DNA of 50,738 bases from the NCBI GenBank assembly GCA_038245975.1, contig JBBRRW010000001.1, positions 1 through 50,738 on the forward strand. The letters are read 5' to 3'. A model generated the notes under the pieces. That model was not told where the DNA came from. It searched no databases and saw only the letters and a list, made by a program, of their open reading frames with translations. Source of the stretch: Burkholderiales bacterium. Its GTDB lineage: Bacteria; Pseudomonadota; Gammaproteobacteria; Burkholderiales; Burkholderiaceae_D. Shown here in pieces: positions 37,614 through 46,933 of this stretch (positions are counted from its first letter, which is position 1; the number at the start of each line of letters is the position of its first letter). Made by a program: the position numbers and the translations under genes.

Positions 37614-38684
37614 ATGTCGTCGATGAGCGGAACGATCCTTCTCCAAGCGAACGCGCGCCGTCCCTGGCGATCGCGTCGCGACCTGACGCTGACCGGCGCC
37701 GCGCTGCTGCTCCTCGCGATCGCGCTGGTCGCGCTGCAGACTGGCGCGGTGGCGATCCCGCTGCGTCACCTCGCGGCCATCCTGCTGCACGCGTTCGGCC
37801 GCGCCCTTCCCGCCGATGTCGCGCCGCAGAGCGCGGCGGTGCTGCTGACCATCCGCCTGCCGCGCGTCGTGCTCGCCGTGGTGGCCGGTGCCGGCCTCTC
37901 GGTGACTGGCGCCGTGCTGCAGGCAGTGTTCCGCAATCCGCTCGCGGACCCGGCGCTGGTCGGCGTCTCGAGCGGCGCGGCGCTCGCGGTGGCCGGTGCC
38001 ATCGTGCTCGGCGCGGGCGCCGGTCCCTTCGCGCTGCCGGTCGCGGGTTTCGTCGGCGGCCTCGTCGCCACCGTCGTCCTGTACCGCGTCGCGACCGTCG
38101 AGGGCGCCACGTCGCTCGCGACGATGCTGCTGGCCGGCATCGCCATCAACGCGTTGTGCTTCGCGGGCATCGGCCTCCTCACGACGATGGCCAGCAACGA
38201 GCAGTTGCGCAACATCAGCTTCTGGAACTTCGGCAGCGTCGGTGGCGCTGGCTGGGATGCGGCCGGCGTGGTCGCGATCGCGGTGGTCGCGGCGACGGCG
38301 CTGCTGGTCCGCATGGCGCCCGGCCTCAACGCGCTGGCGCTCGGCGAGTCGGAGGCCCGGCATCTCGGCTTCGAGACGCAGCGCCTGAAGCGCAACGTCA
38401 TCGGGCTGTCGGCGCTGATCGCGGGCTTCATCGTGGCGATCTGCGGCGTGATCGGCTTCGTCGCGCTGGTGGGACCGCACGTGGCGCGACTGCTGTGGGG
38501 CTCCGACCATCGCATCGTCATCGTCGGCTCGTCGCTGGTCGGCGCGATCCTGCTGCTGGCCGCCGACCTGCTCGGACGCGGGGTCGTCGCGCCGGCCGAG
38601 TTGCCGATCGGCATCGTGACGGCGCTGGTCGGCGCGCCGTTCTTCCTGTGGATGCTGCTGCGGGAGCGGAGCCGGCTCGCATGA
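37614..38684 (+). CDS. hmuU: FecCD/HmuU-family iron/heme ABC transporter permease
   Basis: IRLPR, Q..FRNPLADP..GVSSGA, LGE.EA.HLG, G.IGFV.L..PH..R and PAELP.G..TAL.GAPFF. Confidence 0.85.
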   Translation: MSSMSGTILLQANARRPWRSRRDLTLTGAALLLLAIALVALQTGAVAIPLRHLAAILLHAFGRALPADVAPQSAAVLLTIRLPRVVLAVVAGAGLSVTGAVLQAVFRNPLADPALVGVSSGAALAVAGAIVLGAGAGPFALPVAGFVGGLVATVVLYRVATVEGATSLATMLLAGIAINALCFAGIGLLTTMASNEQLRNISFWNFGSVGGAGWDAAGVVAIAVVAATALLVRMAPGLNALALGESEARHLGFETQRLKRNVIGLSALIAGFIVAICGVIGFVALVGPHVARLLWGSDHRIVIVGSSLVGAILLLAADLLGRGVVAPAELPIGIVTALVGAPFFLWMLLRERSRLA

Positions 38685-39505
38685 CGGGTCCCGACGACGT
38701 CCCGGTCTTCGCGCTGCGCGGCGTGAGCCTGTCGCGGTCCGAACGCGCTCTCGTCGACGACGTGGCGCTCGACGTGCATGCCGGCGAGGTGCTCGCGGTG
38801 ATGGGGGAGAACGGGGCCGGCAAGTCGACGCTGCTTGGGATCATGGCCGGCGACCATCGCCCCGACCGCGGCACCGTGCTGCTCGCCGGCCGCCCGCTGT
38901 CGCAGTGGACCGTGCTGGAACAGGCCCGGCGGCGCGCGGTCATGCCGCAGCAGTCGAGCATGAGCTTCGCGTTCACCGCGCTCGAGGTGGTTCTGCTCGG
39001 CCGCTCGCCGCACGATGCGGGTCAGCCGGGCGAACGCGATCGCGGCATCGCCCGCGAGGCGTTGCGGCGCACCGATGCGCTGCAGTTCGCCGAGCGCAGT
39101 TATCCGACGCTGTCGGGAGGCGAGCGCGCGCGCGTCATGCTCGCACGGGCCTTCGCGCAGGTGCTGCGCGATCCGGACGAGCGGTGGACGGCCGTGCCGC
39201 GCGCGCTGCTGCTCGACGAACCGTTCGCGGCGCTCGACATCGCGCATCAGCACGCGGCCTTCCGTGCGATCCGCGAGCTGGCCGTCGCCGAGCACGTCGC
39301 GGTCGTGGCCGTGCTCCACGATCCCAACCTCGTCGCGATCCATGCGGATCGGGTCGCGTTGATGAAGCACGGCGCGCTGATGACGGTCGGCGGCATCGAC
39401 GAGACCCTGACCGAGGACGCGATGAGCGCGTGCTTCTCGATCCGCATGAAGCGGCTGCGGCATCCGACCCGCGACGTGCCCTTGCTGGTCGCCACGACCG
39501 ACTGA
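38681..39505 (+). CDS. hmuV: Heme ABC transporter ATP-binding protein
   Basis: GENGAGKST, ARRRAV.PQ.S...F.FT..EVV.LGR.PH, R.YP.LSGGE.ARV.LAR..AQ, LLLDEP...LD..HQ and VLHD.NL. Confidence 0.85.
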   Translation: MTGPDDVPVFALRGVSLSRSERALVDDVALDVHAGEVLAVMGENGAGKSTLLGIMAGDHRPDRGTVLLAGRPLSQWTVLEQARRRAVMPQQSSMSFAFTALEVVLLGRSPHDAGQPGERDRGIAREALRRTDALQFAERSYPTLSGGERARVMLARAFAQVLRDPDERWTAVPRALLLDEPFAALDIAHQHAAFRAIRELAVAEHVAVVAVLHDPNLVAIHADRVALMKHGALMTVGGIDETLTEDAMSACFSIRMKRLRHPTRDVPLLVATTD

Positions 39506-39522
39506 GCCGCCGCGGCCACACC

Positions 39523-40809
39523 TCAGTCGTTGCGCGCGGCGAACGCTTCGATCGTCTCCGCCACCGCCTCGGCGACGATCGGCTCGCAGAGGAAGAATCC
39601 CTGCGCCATCTGGACGCCCAGGCGACGCAACTCGTTCAACTCGGCGGCCGACTCGACGCCTTCGGCGACGATCTTGCAGTCGGTCTGCCTGCCGAACTCG
39701 ATCAATGCCGCAGCGAGCGCACGACGCTTGCGATCGACGTCGATGTTGCGCGTGAGGTTGAGGTCGAGCTTGATGTGATCGGGCGACAGATTGAGGATGT
39801 GCGACATGCTCGAATAGCCGGCGCCGGCGTCGTCGATCGCGACGCTGACGCCTTTCTCGCGCAGCGGCTCCAACGCACGATCGAGCGATGCGTAGTCGCC
39901 GACGTGATCGTGTTCGGTCAGCTCGAGCACGATGCGCTCGGGTGCGAAGCCCTGGAAGTGCTCGCTCATGTCGCAGCCGATCACCGTCGACGCCGACGTG
40001 TTGAGCCAGATGCGCAAGTGCTTCGGGATGTTCCGGTCGATCAGTCCGTCGAGACCGTTGCGGATCGCCTGCAGCTCGAGCGTCATGCCCTGACCGACCT
40101 CGGCCGCTTCGGCGAACCACAGCTCGGGTCCGCGATAGGGATTGAGATCGAAGCGCGCCAGGCACTCGATGCCGACCACCTGCATCCGGTCCAGCGAGAT
40201 CAGCGGCTGGTAGAGCATCGACGGTTGCCTGCGTTCCAGCGCCGCCGCGATGTTCCCTCCCTTCTCGGTCCGCGACGCGGCGGCTTCGAGTTCGCGGTCG
40301 ATGTGGAACGCGGCGACCTCCGCGAAGGCGCGCAGGAACTGCAGGTCGCGCACGTTCAGCGTCGGGTCGGTCGCGAAGTTGAAGCAGCTGAACGTCCCGT
40401 AGACCTGACCGCTCTCGAGGCGGATCGGGACGCACAGGTGAGACCCGATCGGCAGGGCCGACGTATCGGGCAGGGCCATCGCACCGGGTACCCGCGCCGT
40501 ATCGACGATCAGTTCGGGCAACAGCCCGTCGACGACGCGTTGACAGTAGCTGTCCTGCAGCGGCCTCGCGTCGCCGGCCATGAGCGGCGAGCGCCCCTTC
40601 GCGTCGACGTTGCGGAAATAGCGCTGCTGGCCGACGAACTGGGACACGAAGGCGACGTCCATCCCGAGGTGGGTGCGCACGGCGCCGAGGATTTTCTGAA
40701 CGCCGCTCATCGTCGCGGCGGGCAGTTCGCGCGCGATGTGCGCGAGGCTGACGCTGTGCGGGTCGACGGCGTCCCTCGACGTGCCCGCGTTTCTTTCGTC
40801 AATGGCCAT
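39523..40809 (-). CDS. GAF-EAL c-di-GMP phosphodiesterase
   Basis: N-terminal GAF (R.HLGMDVAF.S.F, SYCQR, VPIRL..G..YGT..CF), YQP, ECL.RF, ELTEH, DDAGAGYSS, IKLD, AEGVE and QG. Confidence 0.88.
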   Translation of the reverse strand: MAIDERNAGTSRDAVDPHSVSLAHIARELPAATMSGVQKILGAVRTHLGMDVAFVSQFVGQQRYFRNVDAKGRSPLMAGDARPLQDSYCQRVVDGLLPELIVDTARVPGAMALPDTSALPIGSHLCVPIRLESGQVYGTFSCFNFATDPTLNVRDLQFLRAFAEVAAFHIDRELEAAASRTEKGGNIAAALERRQPSMLYQPLISLDRMQVVGIECLARFDLNPYRGPELWFAEAAEVGQGMTLELQAIRNGLDGLIDRNIPKHLRIWLNTSASTVIGCDMSEHFQGFAPERIVLELTEHDHVGDYASLDRALEPLREKGVSVAIDDAGAGYSSMSHILNLSPDHIKLDLNLTRNIDVDRKRRALAAALIEFGRQTDCKIVAEGVESAAELNELRRLGVQMAQGFFLCEPIVAEAVAETIEAFAARND

Positions 40810-41104
40810 GGCGTGCTCTTGTCGACCGCAAGCGGCAGGGGATGGCGGGGGAACGCATGACGTGGGCCTCCGATCGCGCAGGTGTCGGAAGCACGCGTAC
40901 CGCTGCAGGCTGCTACCGCAAGGATTGGAAATCGCCAGCGACCGGACGACAGATCGCAGGCGCGGATGCTACGCGTAGCACGCGGCGGATGGCGGCCCGC
41001 TTCTTGCGCTTGCTTCTTGCGCCTCCGGTCGGCAGGCATCGCGATCGGAACGGAAGTCGAATGCGCGGGTCCCTCCATCCCTCGAACCCGATGGAGTCCC
41101 CGCA

Positions 41105-41944
41105 ATGTCCGTTCTCTCCCCGCATGGCCGTGCGCAGGTCGAATCGCTGGCGCGCCAGACCGGCTTCAGTGAAGACGCCGTCGAGGTCATGCTCGCCGCC
41201 ATCGTGCGCGGCGGCCGCCGCATGGCGCAGTTCGATCACCCCGAGTTCGGCGGGTCCGGCCAGTGGATGCACGGCGGCATGCTGATGCTCGCCGATTTTT
41301 CCAACGGCGAGCTCAAGCGGCGCGTCGATCGGCTGTGCGACGCGCTGGCCGAATGGGTGGCGGGCGAGCCGGAAGTCGCCGCCGGCGGCCGCCACTTGGT
41401 CCCGAGCCCGACGTCGGACGGGGTCACGCAGGTCCGGGACGCGCAGCGTGAAACGGCGCCATCGCTATTCGATCGCGCGCCCGCCGCGCAGCCCTGGTAT
41501 CCGGCATCGCTCGGAACGCCCGACAGCAGCGGGTCGCAGAACCACGTCCGCTATGCGTGGTTCGCCGCTTCGCACCGCCTCGCGCTCGACGACGGCGGCA
41601 CGGTGACGGTCTTCGATACCGGCGACCACCGGATCGGCGGCGTCTCGCAGCAACAGGGCGCGCACGGTACGGTCGCGTTCGTCAGCCAGCACGGCACCGT
41701 CGATGTCGACCGGTTTCCGGTCGTCGATGCGGGAGGCCGGTCGCGCGAAGGTCCGGTACCGCCGCACCAGCACGCAGCGGACAGCGGTCGGGCGCCCGAG
41801 CCGGACCGGGCCGGGGCGCGCGCTGCCGGCTCGTCCGGCGATCCCTTCATCGCACTCGAGAAGCTCGCCGACCTGCATGCGCGCGGCATCGTCGGCGACG
41901 ACGAGTTCGCAGCCAAAAAGGCCGAGCTGGTCAAGCGTATCTAA
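41105..41944 (+). CDS. SHOCT domain-containing protein
   Basis: MAQF.HPEFGGSGQWM.GGM.M, W.P..LG.P.S.G.QN..RYA.F, H.IGG.SQQQ and C-terminal LEKLADL..RGI....EF..KKAEL. Confidence 0.8.
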   Translation: MSVLSPHGRAQVESLARQTGFSEDAVEVMLAAIVRGGRRMAQFDHPEFGGSGQWMHGGMLMLADFSNGELKRRVDRLCDALAEWVAGEPEVAAGGRHLVPSPTSDGVTQVRDAQRETAPSLFDRAPAAQPWYPASLGTPDSSGSQNHVRYAWFAASHRLALDDGGTVTVFDTGDHRIGGVSQQQGAHGTVAFVSQHGTVDVDRFPVVDAGGRSREGPVPPHQHAADSGRAPEPDRAGARAAGSSGDPFIALEKLADLHARGIVGDDEFAAKKAELVKRI

Positions 41945-42082
41945 GTGCTGCCGCTGCACCGTCGCGCGTAGGTGGGCATGGCCCCGTCGCTCGAAGTACC
42001 GGGGAATCGCCGTCCTCTTCCGCGCTTCGGGCGGCGACGCGCCGTGAAAAACTGGCGCTCGGTCAAGGAAGGAGATTCGCGC

Positions 42083-44527
42083 ATGCCCCGCGGGGCGGCG
42101 CCTGGTTCATCGATGAAGACGTTCAGCCTGAAGTTTCGATTCGCGATCGTGATGTCGATCGGCGCATTGGCGCTGGTGTTCGGCATGGGCGCGATCTCCA
42201 TGCACTTCGCCGAAGCCGACCTGCTCGCGACGCTGTCGAGCCAGCAACTCGGCCTGGTCTCGCGCGCGGCCGAGGACCTGGATGCGAAGCTGAAGCTCGC
42301 GACCGATTCGCTGACCGTGTCCGCGGCGGCGATTCCGCCGGATGCCTTCTCGAGCGACGAGAAGTTCGACGCCTTCTTCAAGCAGCATCCGTCGCTGCTG
42401 CAACTGTTCGACGACATCCTGGTGGTCGACAGCAGCGGCATCATCCGCACCGACTATCCGAACACGCCGGGACGCCTCGGACTCGACATCAGCGAGCGCA
42501 GCTACATCCAGCGCGCGATGGCCTACGGCGAGCCGACCATTTCGGATCCGCTGCGCGGCAAGGCGACCGGCGAGCCGACGATCGGCATCGCGGCGCCGAT
42601 CGTCGACGCGAACGGCAAGACGATCGCGCTGATGGTCGGCCTGTTGCGGCTCGAGAAGAGCAATTTCCTCGGTAGCCTCGCGAGCGCGCACATCGGCGCG
42701 AGCGGCTACTTCACGGTCGTGACGACCTGGCCGGAACCGCTGTATCTGGCGCATCCGGAGACTTCGCGTCTGATGCAGAAAGTGCCGCGCGCCACGAGTC
42801 CCGCGATGGCGAAAGTGCTGAACGCGACGATGCCGGGCGTGACCGTCAGCACGCTCGAGGACGGCAGCGAAGTGCTGATCAGCTATCGGCCGCTGAAGAT
42901 GACTAACTGGGTCATCACCGCGATCCTGCCCGGTGCCGAGGCCTTCGCGGCGATCCACAGCGCGCGCGACCGGACGATCCTCATCGCGATCATCGCGGCG
43001 TTGATCGTGCTGCCGCTGGTGTGGCTGTTCGCATGGCGACTGCTGCGGCCGCTGAGCGTGCTGCGCGCGCAGGTCGCGGACATCGCGGCCGATCCGTGGC
43101 GCCTGTCGCTGGCCACGGTCGGACGCCACGAGATCGGCCACGTCGCGCAGGCCTTCAACGCGATGCTGCAGGGAATGCGCCGGTCCGAAGCGCTGCGCAT
43201 CGCGAGCGACCACGACCGCCGCCGACTGGTCGCGATTCTCGAGAGCAGCCAGGACTTCGTCGCGATGACCGACGTCGACGGGCATGTGACCTACCTCAAC
43301 GCGTCGGGCCGGACGTGCCGCGGCCTCGGGCTGAACGACGACCTGTCGCCGACCACGATCGCCGACCACTTCCCGGCGTGGGCCGTCGCCAAGCTCAAGA
43401 ACGAAGGCGTGCCGGCCGCGCTGCGCGACGGCATCTGGCTCGGCGAGACGGCGGTCCTCGACGCGTCGGGGGGCGAGATCCCGGTCGACCACACGGTGAT
43501 CGCCCACCGCAACGTCGAAGGCACTCTCGAGTTCTTCTCGAGCCTGCTGCACGACACCAGCGCCGCGAAGGCGTCGTCGGCCGCCATGCGTTCGAGCGAG
43601 GCCCGCATGCTGTCGATCGCGAATGCGTTGCCGGTGCTCGTCGCGTACATCGACTGCGACTACCGCTTTCGCTTCGTCAACTCGCGCTACGAGGAGCACT
43701 TCGGCTTCAGCCAGTCGCTGATCCTCGGCAAGTCGGTGGACGAGCTGATCGGCGAAGCTGCGTACCAGGCCTATCTGCCTTATCTGCAACGCGCTGCGGG
43801 CGGCGAAACCCAGGTCTTCGAAGTGGAAAGCCGTTCGGGTGTGCGCCCGCTGCACTTCCTGGTGAAGTTGATCCCGCAGTTCGACGACGGCCGCCAACTG
43901 GCCGGCTATCACTTCATCCACCAGGACGTGACCGACCACAAAGTCGAGCACGAGCGGTTGTCGCAACTGGTGCGCGCGGACGCGCTGACCGGCCTGCTGA
44001 ATCGCGCCGGCTTCGAGGTCGGTATCGAAAACGCAATGCAGCGCAGCCGTCACCACGGGTCGACGATGGCGCTGTTCTACCTCGACATCGATCGCTTCAA
44101 GAACATCAACGACCGGCACGGCCATCTGGTCGGCGACGCGCTGCTGCGCGCGTTCTCGGACCGGCTGGTGCGGGCGGTGCGCAGCGCGGATGTCGTGGCG
44201 CGTCTCGGCGGCGACGAGTTCGTGGTGATCGCCGAAGGGCTGCGCAACGCCGACGACGTGCGCGCGATCGCGCGGAAGATCCTGCGCTCGATGCGCCCGG
44301 ACTTCGAGCTGGGCGGTGTCACCCTCGCGATCACCGCCAGCATCGGTATCGCCGCCTATGCCGGCGAGTCCCTGACGTCCGACGAGCTCGTGAAGCGGGC
44401 AGACGAGGCGCTGTACCGCGCGAAGAACGCCGGGCGCAATCGCTACGACCTCGACGATCCGTCGGAGCCGGCGATGATCGCGAGCGCCGTCTTCGGCGAC
44501 ACGCTGGAATTCACGACGATCGACTGA
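42083..44527 (+). CDS. Membrane diguanylate cyclase (dCache-HAMP-PAS-PAS-GGDEF)
   Basis: GGAG RBS, two TM segments, Cache-like domain (ERSY), HAMP (EIG.VA.AFN.M), two PAS domains, DALTGL.NR, RSAD I-site and RLGGDEF. Start could be 42113. Confidence 0.9.
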   Translation: MPRGAAPGSSMKTFSLKFRFAIVMSIGALALVFGMGAISMHFAEADLLATLSSQQLGLVSRAAEDLDAKLKLATDSLTVSAAAIPPDAFSSDEKFDAFFKQHPSLLQLFDDILVVDSSGIIRTDYPNTPGRLGLDISERSYIQRAMAYGEPTISDPLRGKATGEPTIGIAAPIVDANGKTIALMVGLLRLEKSNFLGSLASAHIGASGYFTVVTTWPEPLYLAHPETSRLMQKVPRATSPAMAKVLNATMPGVTVSTLEDGSEVLISYRPLKMTNWVITAILPGAEAFAAIHSARDRTILIAIIAALIVLPLVWLFAWRLLRPLSVLRAQVADIAADPWRLSLATVGRHEIGHVAQAFNAMLQGMRRSEALRIASDHDRRRLVAILESSQDFVAMTDVDGHVTYLNASGRTCRGLGLNDDLSPTTIADHFPAWAVAKLKNEGVPAALRDGIWLGETAVLDASGGEIPVDHTVIAHRNVEGTLEFFSSLLHDTSAAKASSAAMRSSEARMLSIANALPVLVAYIDCDYRFRFVNSRYEEHFGFSQSLILGKSVDELIGEAAYQAYLPYLQRAAGGETQVFEVESRSGVRPLHFLVKLIPQFDDGRQLAGYHFIHQDVTDHKVEHERLSQLVRADALTGLLNRAGFEVGIENAMQRSRHHGSTMALFYLDIDRFKNINDRHGHLVGDALLRAFSDRLVRAVRSADVVARLGGDEFVVIAEGLRNADDVRAIARKILRSMRPDFELGGVTLAITASIGIAAYAGESLTSDELVKRADEALYRAKNAGRNRYDLDDPSEPAMIASAVFGDTLEFTTID

Positions 44528-44633
44528 GAGCGGTGTCCGGCCGGTCCGCGCTCGGTGTTCGTCGCAGCATCGTTCGGGGCCGCCGCGTGCATCATGCGGT
44601 CGGGCAACCTCGCCCGACCCCGGAAGCCGCGCC

Positions 44634-45452
44634 ATGTCCGTCCTCTTTCGCAAGTCCCTCTGTTCATTGCCGCTCGCTGGTGCGGCGCTGCTGCTCGCCG
44701 GCTGTGCCGTCACGGGCTCGCTGGCCGACCGGTCGCCGCCTGCACTGACGACGGAGCGGATCGCGGCGATCGTCGCCAGTCCCGATCGCAGCGCGAACGA
44801 CCGGACCAGCGATGCGCGTCGGAAGCCCGTCGAACTGCTCGCGTTCATCGGCGTGCGTCCCGGCATGACCGTGCTGGATGTCAGTGCGGGCGGCGGGTAC
44901 ACGAGCGAGCTTCTCGCGCGCGCCGTCGGGCCGACCGGACATGTCTACGGGCAGAGCCCGCCGCCGCGACCCGATGCGTCGGGCCAGACCCCGCCATTCA
45001 GCCGCTCCGCGATGGCGCTCAACCAGCGCGCGAAGAGCCCGGCCGCCGCCCACCTCTCCGCGGTTGCGAGGCCGTTCGACAATCCGGTACCGACCGAGCT
45101 GCCCGTATCGTCCCTCGACCTGGTCACGCTGATGTTCAACTATCACGACTTTGGCTCGCTGGGTGTCGACCGCGCGGCGATGAACAAGGCGATCTTCGCG
45201 GCCCTGAAGCCGGGCGGCCTCTACGTCGTCGGGGACCACGCGGGACGCACCGGGACCGGCATCTCGGAGTCCAATACCCTGCATCGCGTGGAGGAGAACT
45301 TCGTCGTTAGCGAGGTCGAGGCGGCAGGCTTCAGGCTGGCCGAGCGCGGCAGCTTCCTGCGCAACCCCAACGACCCGCGCGATCGCGAGACGCCCCAGCC
45401 GCCGCAGCCGAAGGACGAGTTCGTGCTGAAGTTCGTCAAGCCTGCCGGCTGA
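44634..45452 (+). CDS. Class I SAM-dependent methyltransferase-like lipoprotein
   Basis: LAGC lipobox, D.RRKP.ELL.F.G.RPGM.VLD..AGGGY, YHD, ALKPGG....DH, LHR and LRNP.D. Confidence 0.82.
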   Translation: MSVLFRKSLCSLPLAGAALLLAGCAVTGSLADRSPPALTTERIAAIVASPDRSANDRTSDARRKPVELLAFIGVRPGMTVLDVSAGGGYTSELLARAVGPTGHVYGQSPPPRPDASGQTPPFSRSAMALNQRAKSPAAAHLSAVARPFDNPVPTELPVSSLDLVTLMFNYHDFGSLGVDRAAMNKAIFAALKPGGLYVVGDHAGRTGTGISESNTLHRVEENFVVSEVEAAGFRLAERGSFLRNPNDPRDRETPQPPQPKDEFVLKFVKPAG

Positions 45453-45595
45453 TCGATTGCGCCCGGCCCGCCCGCACGACGTCCGGATTGACGACTTCCG
45501 CTGTCGGCTTGCGCGACACGGGGATCTCGAACGGCAAACGCTGGTGGCATGCGCGGCCTGGTTGATTCCGCAAGAGTTCCGATGTCATCGCTTCG

Positions 45596-46873
45596 ATGAG
45601 CTGGCCTCCCGAGCCGTCGCATCTCGCGTCCTGGGCCATCGCCGCGCTCGCCACCGCCGGCGTGATCGGGCGGCCGTTCAAGCTGCCCGAGGCGGTGTGG
45701 GCGGTGAGCGGCGCCGTCCTGCTGGTCGCGCTCGGCCTGCTGCCGCTGCACCTGACGCTCGAAGCCGTCGGCAAGGGCACCGACGTGTACCTGTTCCTGA
45801 TCGGCATGATGCTGCTGTCGGAGATCGCGCGGCGCGAGGGACTGTTCGACTGGGTGGCGGCGGTGGCGGTCAATCATTCGCGCCAGTCGCCGCAGCGCCT
45901 CTTCCTGCTGATCTACGGCGTCGGTATCGTCGTCACGACCTTCCTGTCCAACGATGCGGCGGCGGTCGTGCTGACGCCGGCGGTCTACGCGGCCACGCGC
46001 AAGGCCAACGTGCAGCCACTGCCGTTCCTGTTCATCTGCGCGTTCATCGCGAATGCGGCGAGCTTCGTGCTGCCGATCTCGAACCCCGCCAACATCGTGC
46101 TGTACGGCGATCACACGCCGCCGCTCGGCAACTGGCTCGCCCATTTCGCGTTGCCGTCGCTGCTGGCGATCGTCGCGACCTACGTCGCGCTGCGCTGGAC
46201 CGAAGGTCGACGCCTCGAGGCGCGTTGCGCAAGCGAGGTCGCGGTGCCCGACATGACGAAGGGCCGATGGACGGCGCTGGCCGGACTCGGCCTGACGGCG
46301 ATCGTGCTGCTGGTGGTGTCCGCGCTGGACCTGCAGCTCGGACTTCCGACGGCGATCATGGGCGTCCTCACCACGGTGATCGTGCTGGCCGCGTCGGGTG
46401 CCTCGCGCGCGTCGCTGTGGGACACCGTCAAGGGCGTGTCGTGGTCGGTGCTGCCGCTGGTGGCCGGCCTGTTCGTGCTGGTCGAGGCGCTGATCGCGAC
46501 CGGGCTGATCGCCGACCTCGGTCACCTGCTGGTCGCGTCGGTCGAGCGGTCGCCGCGGGCGACGCCGTGGATCGCCGGCGTGCTGATCGCGTTCGTCTCC
46601 AACGCGATGAACAACCTGCCGGCCGGGCTGATCGCGAGCTCGACGATCGCGCTCGCGCATCCGCCGCAGGACGTGGTCGACGCGTTGCTGATCGGCGTCG
46701 ACCTCGGCCCCAACCTGTCGGTCACCGGGTCGCTGGCCACCATCCTCTGGCTGACTGCGATCCGCCGCGAAGGCGAGGACGTGGGCTTCTGGCGCTTCCT
46801 GAAACTCGGTGCGATCGTGATGACGCCCGCGCTGCTGCTCGCGCTCGCGGGTCGCCTGCTGCTCGCTGGTTGA
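45596..46873 (+). CDS. ArsB/NhaD-family ion transporter
   Basis: GLFDW, SNDA.A..LTP, ANAASF.LPISNPAN, NNLPA, GPNLS.TGSLAT.LW and many TM segments. Confidence 0.85.
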   Translation: MSWPPEPSHLASWAIAALATAGVIGRPFKLPEAVWAVSGAVLLVALGLLPLHLTLEAVGKGTDVYLFLIGMMLLSEIARREGLFDWVAAVAVNHSRQSPQRLFLLIYGVGIVVTTFLSNDAAAVVLTPAVYAATRKANVQPLPFLFICAFIANAASFVLPISNPANIVLYGDHTPPLGNWLAHFALPSLLAIVATYVALRWTEGRRLEARCASEVAVPDMTKGRWTALAGLGLTAIVLLVVSALDLQLGLPTAIMGVLTTVIVLAASGASRASLWDTVKGVSWSVLPLVAGLFVLVEALIATGLIADLGHLLVASVERSPRATPWIAGVLIAFVSNAMNNLPAGLIASSTIALAHPPQDVVDALLIGVDLGPNLSVTGSLATILWLTAIRREGEDVGFWRFLKLGAIVMTPALLLALAGRLLLAG

Positions 46874-46933
46874 AGGTCGGCCCCGCGCTGCGCTTCATCG
46901 TGGTCGACGCGAGCGAGCTGCCGATGGCAATGA

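Noticed and set aside
37568-39505. 645-aa extended HmuV
   Set aside because: The upstream part is an alternative frame of hmuU. The real start is the ATGA-coupled ATG at 38681.
45596-46873. Arsenic resistance operon
   Set aside because: Only an ArsB/NhaD-family transporter is present, with no arsR or arsC, so the substrate cannot be assigned.
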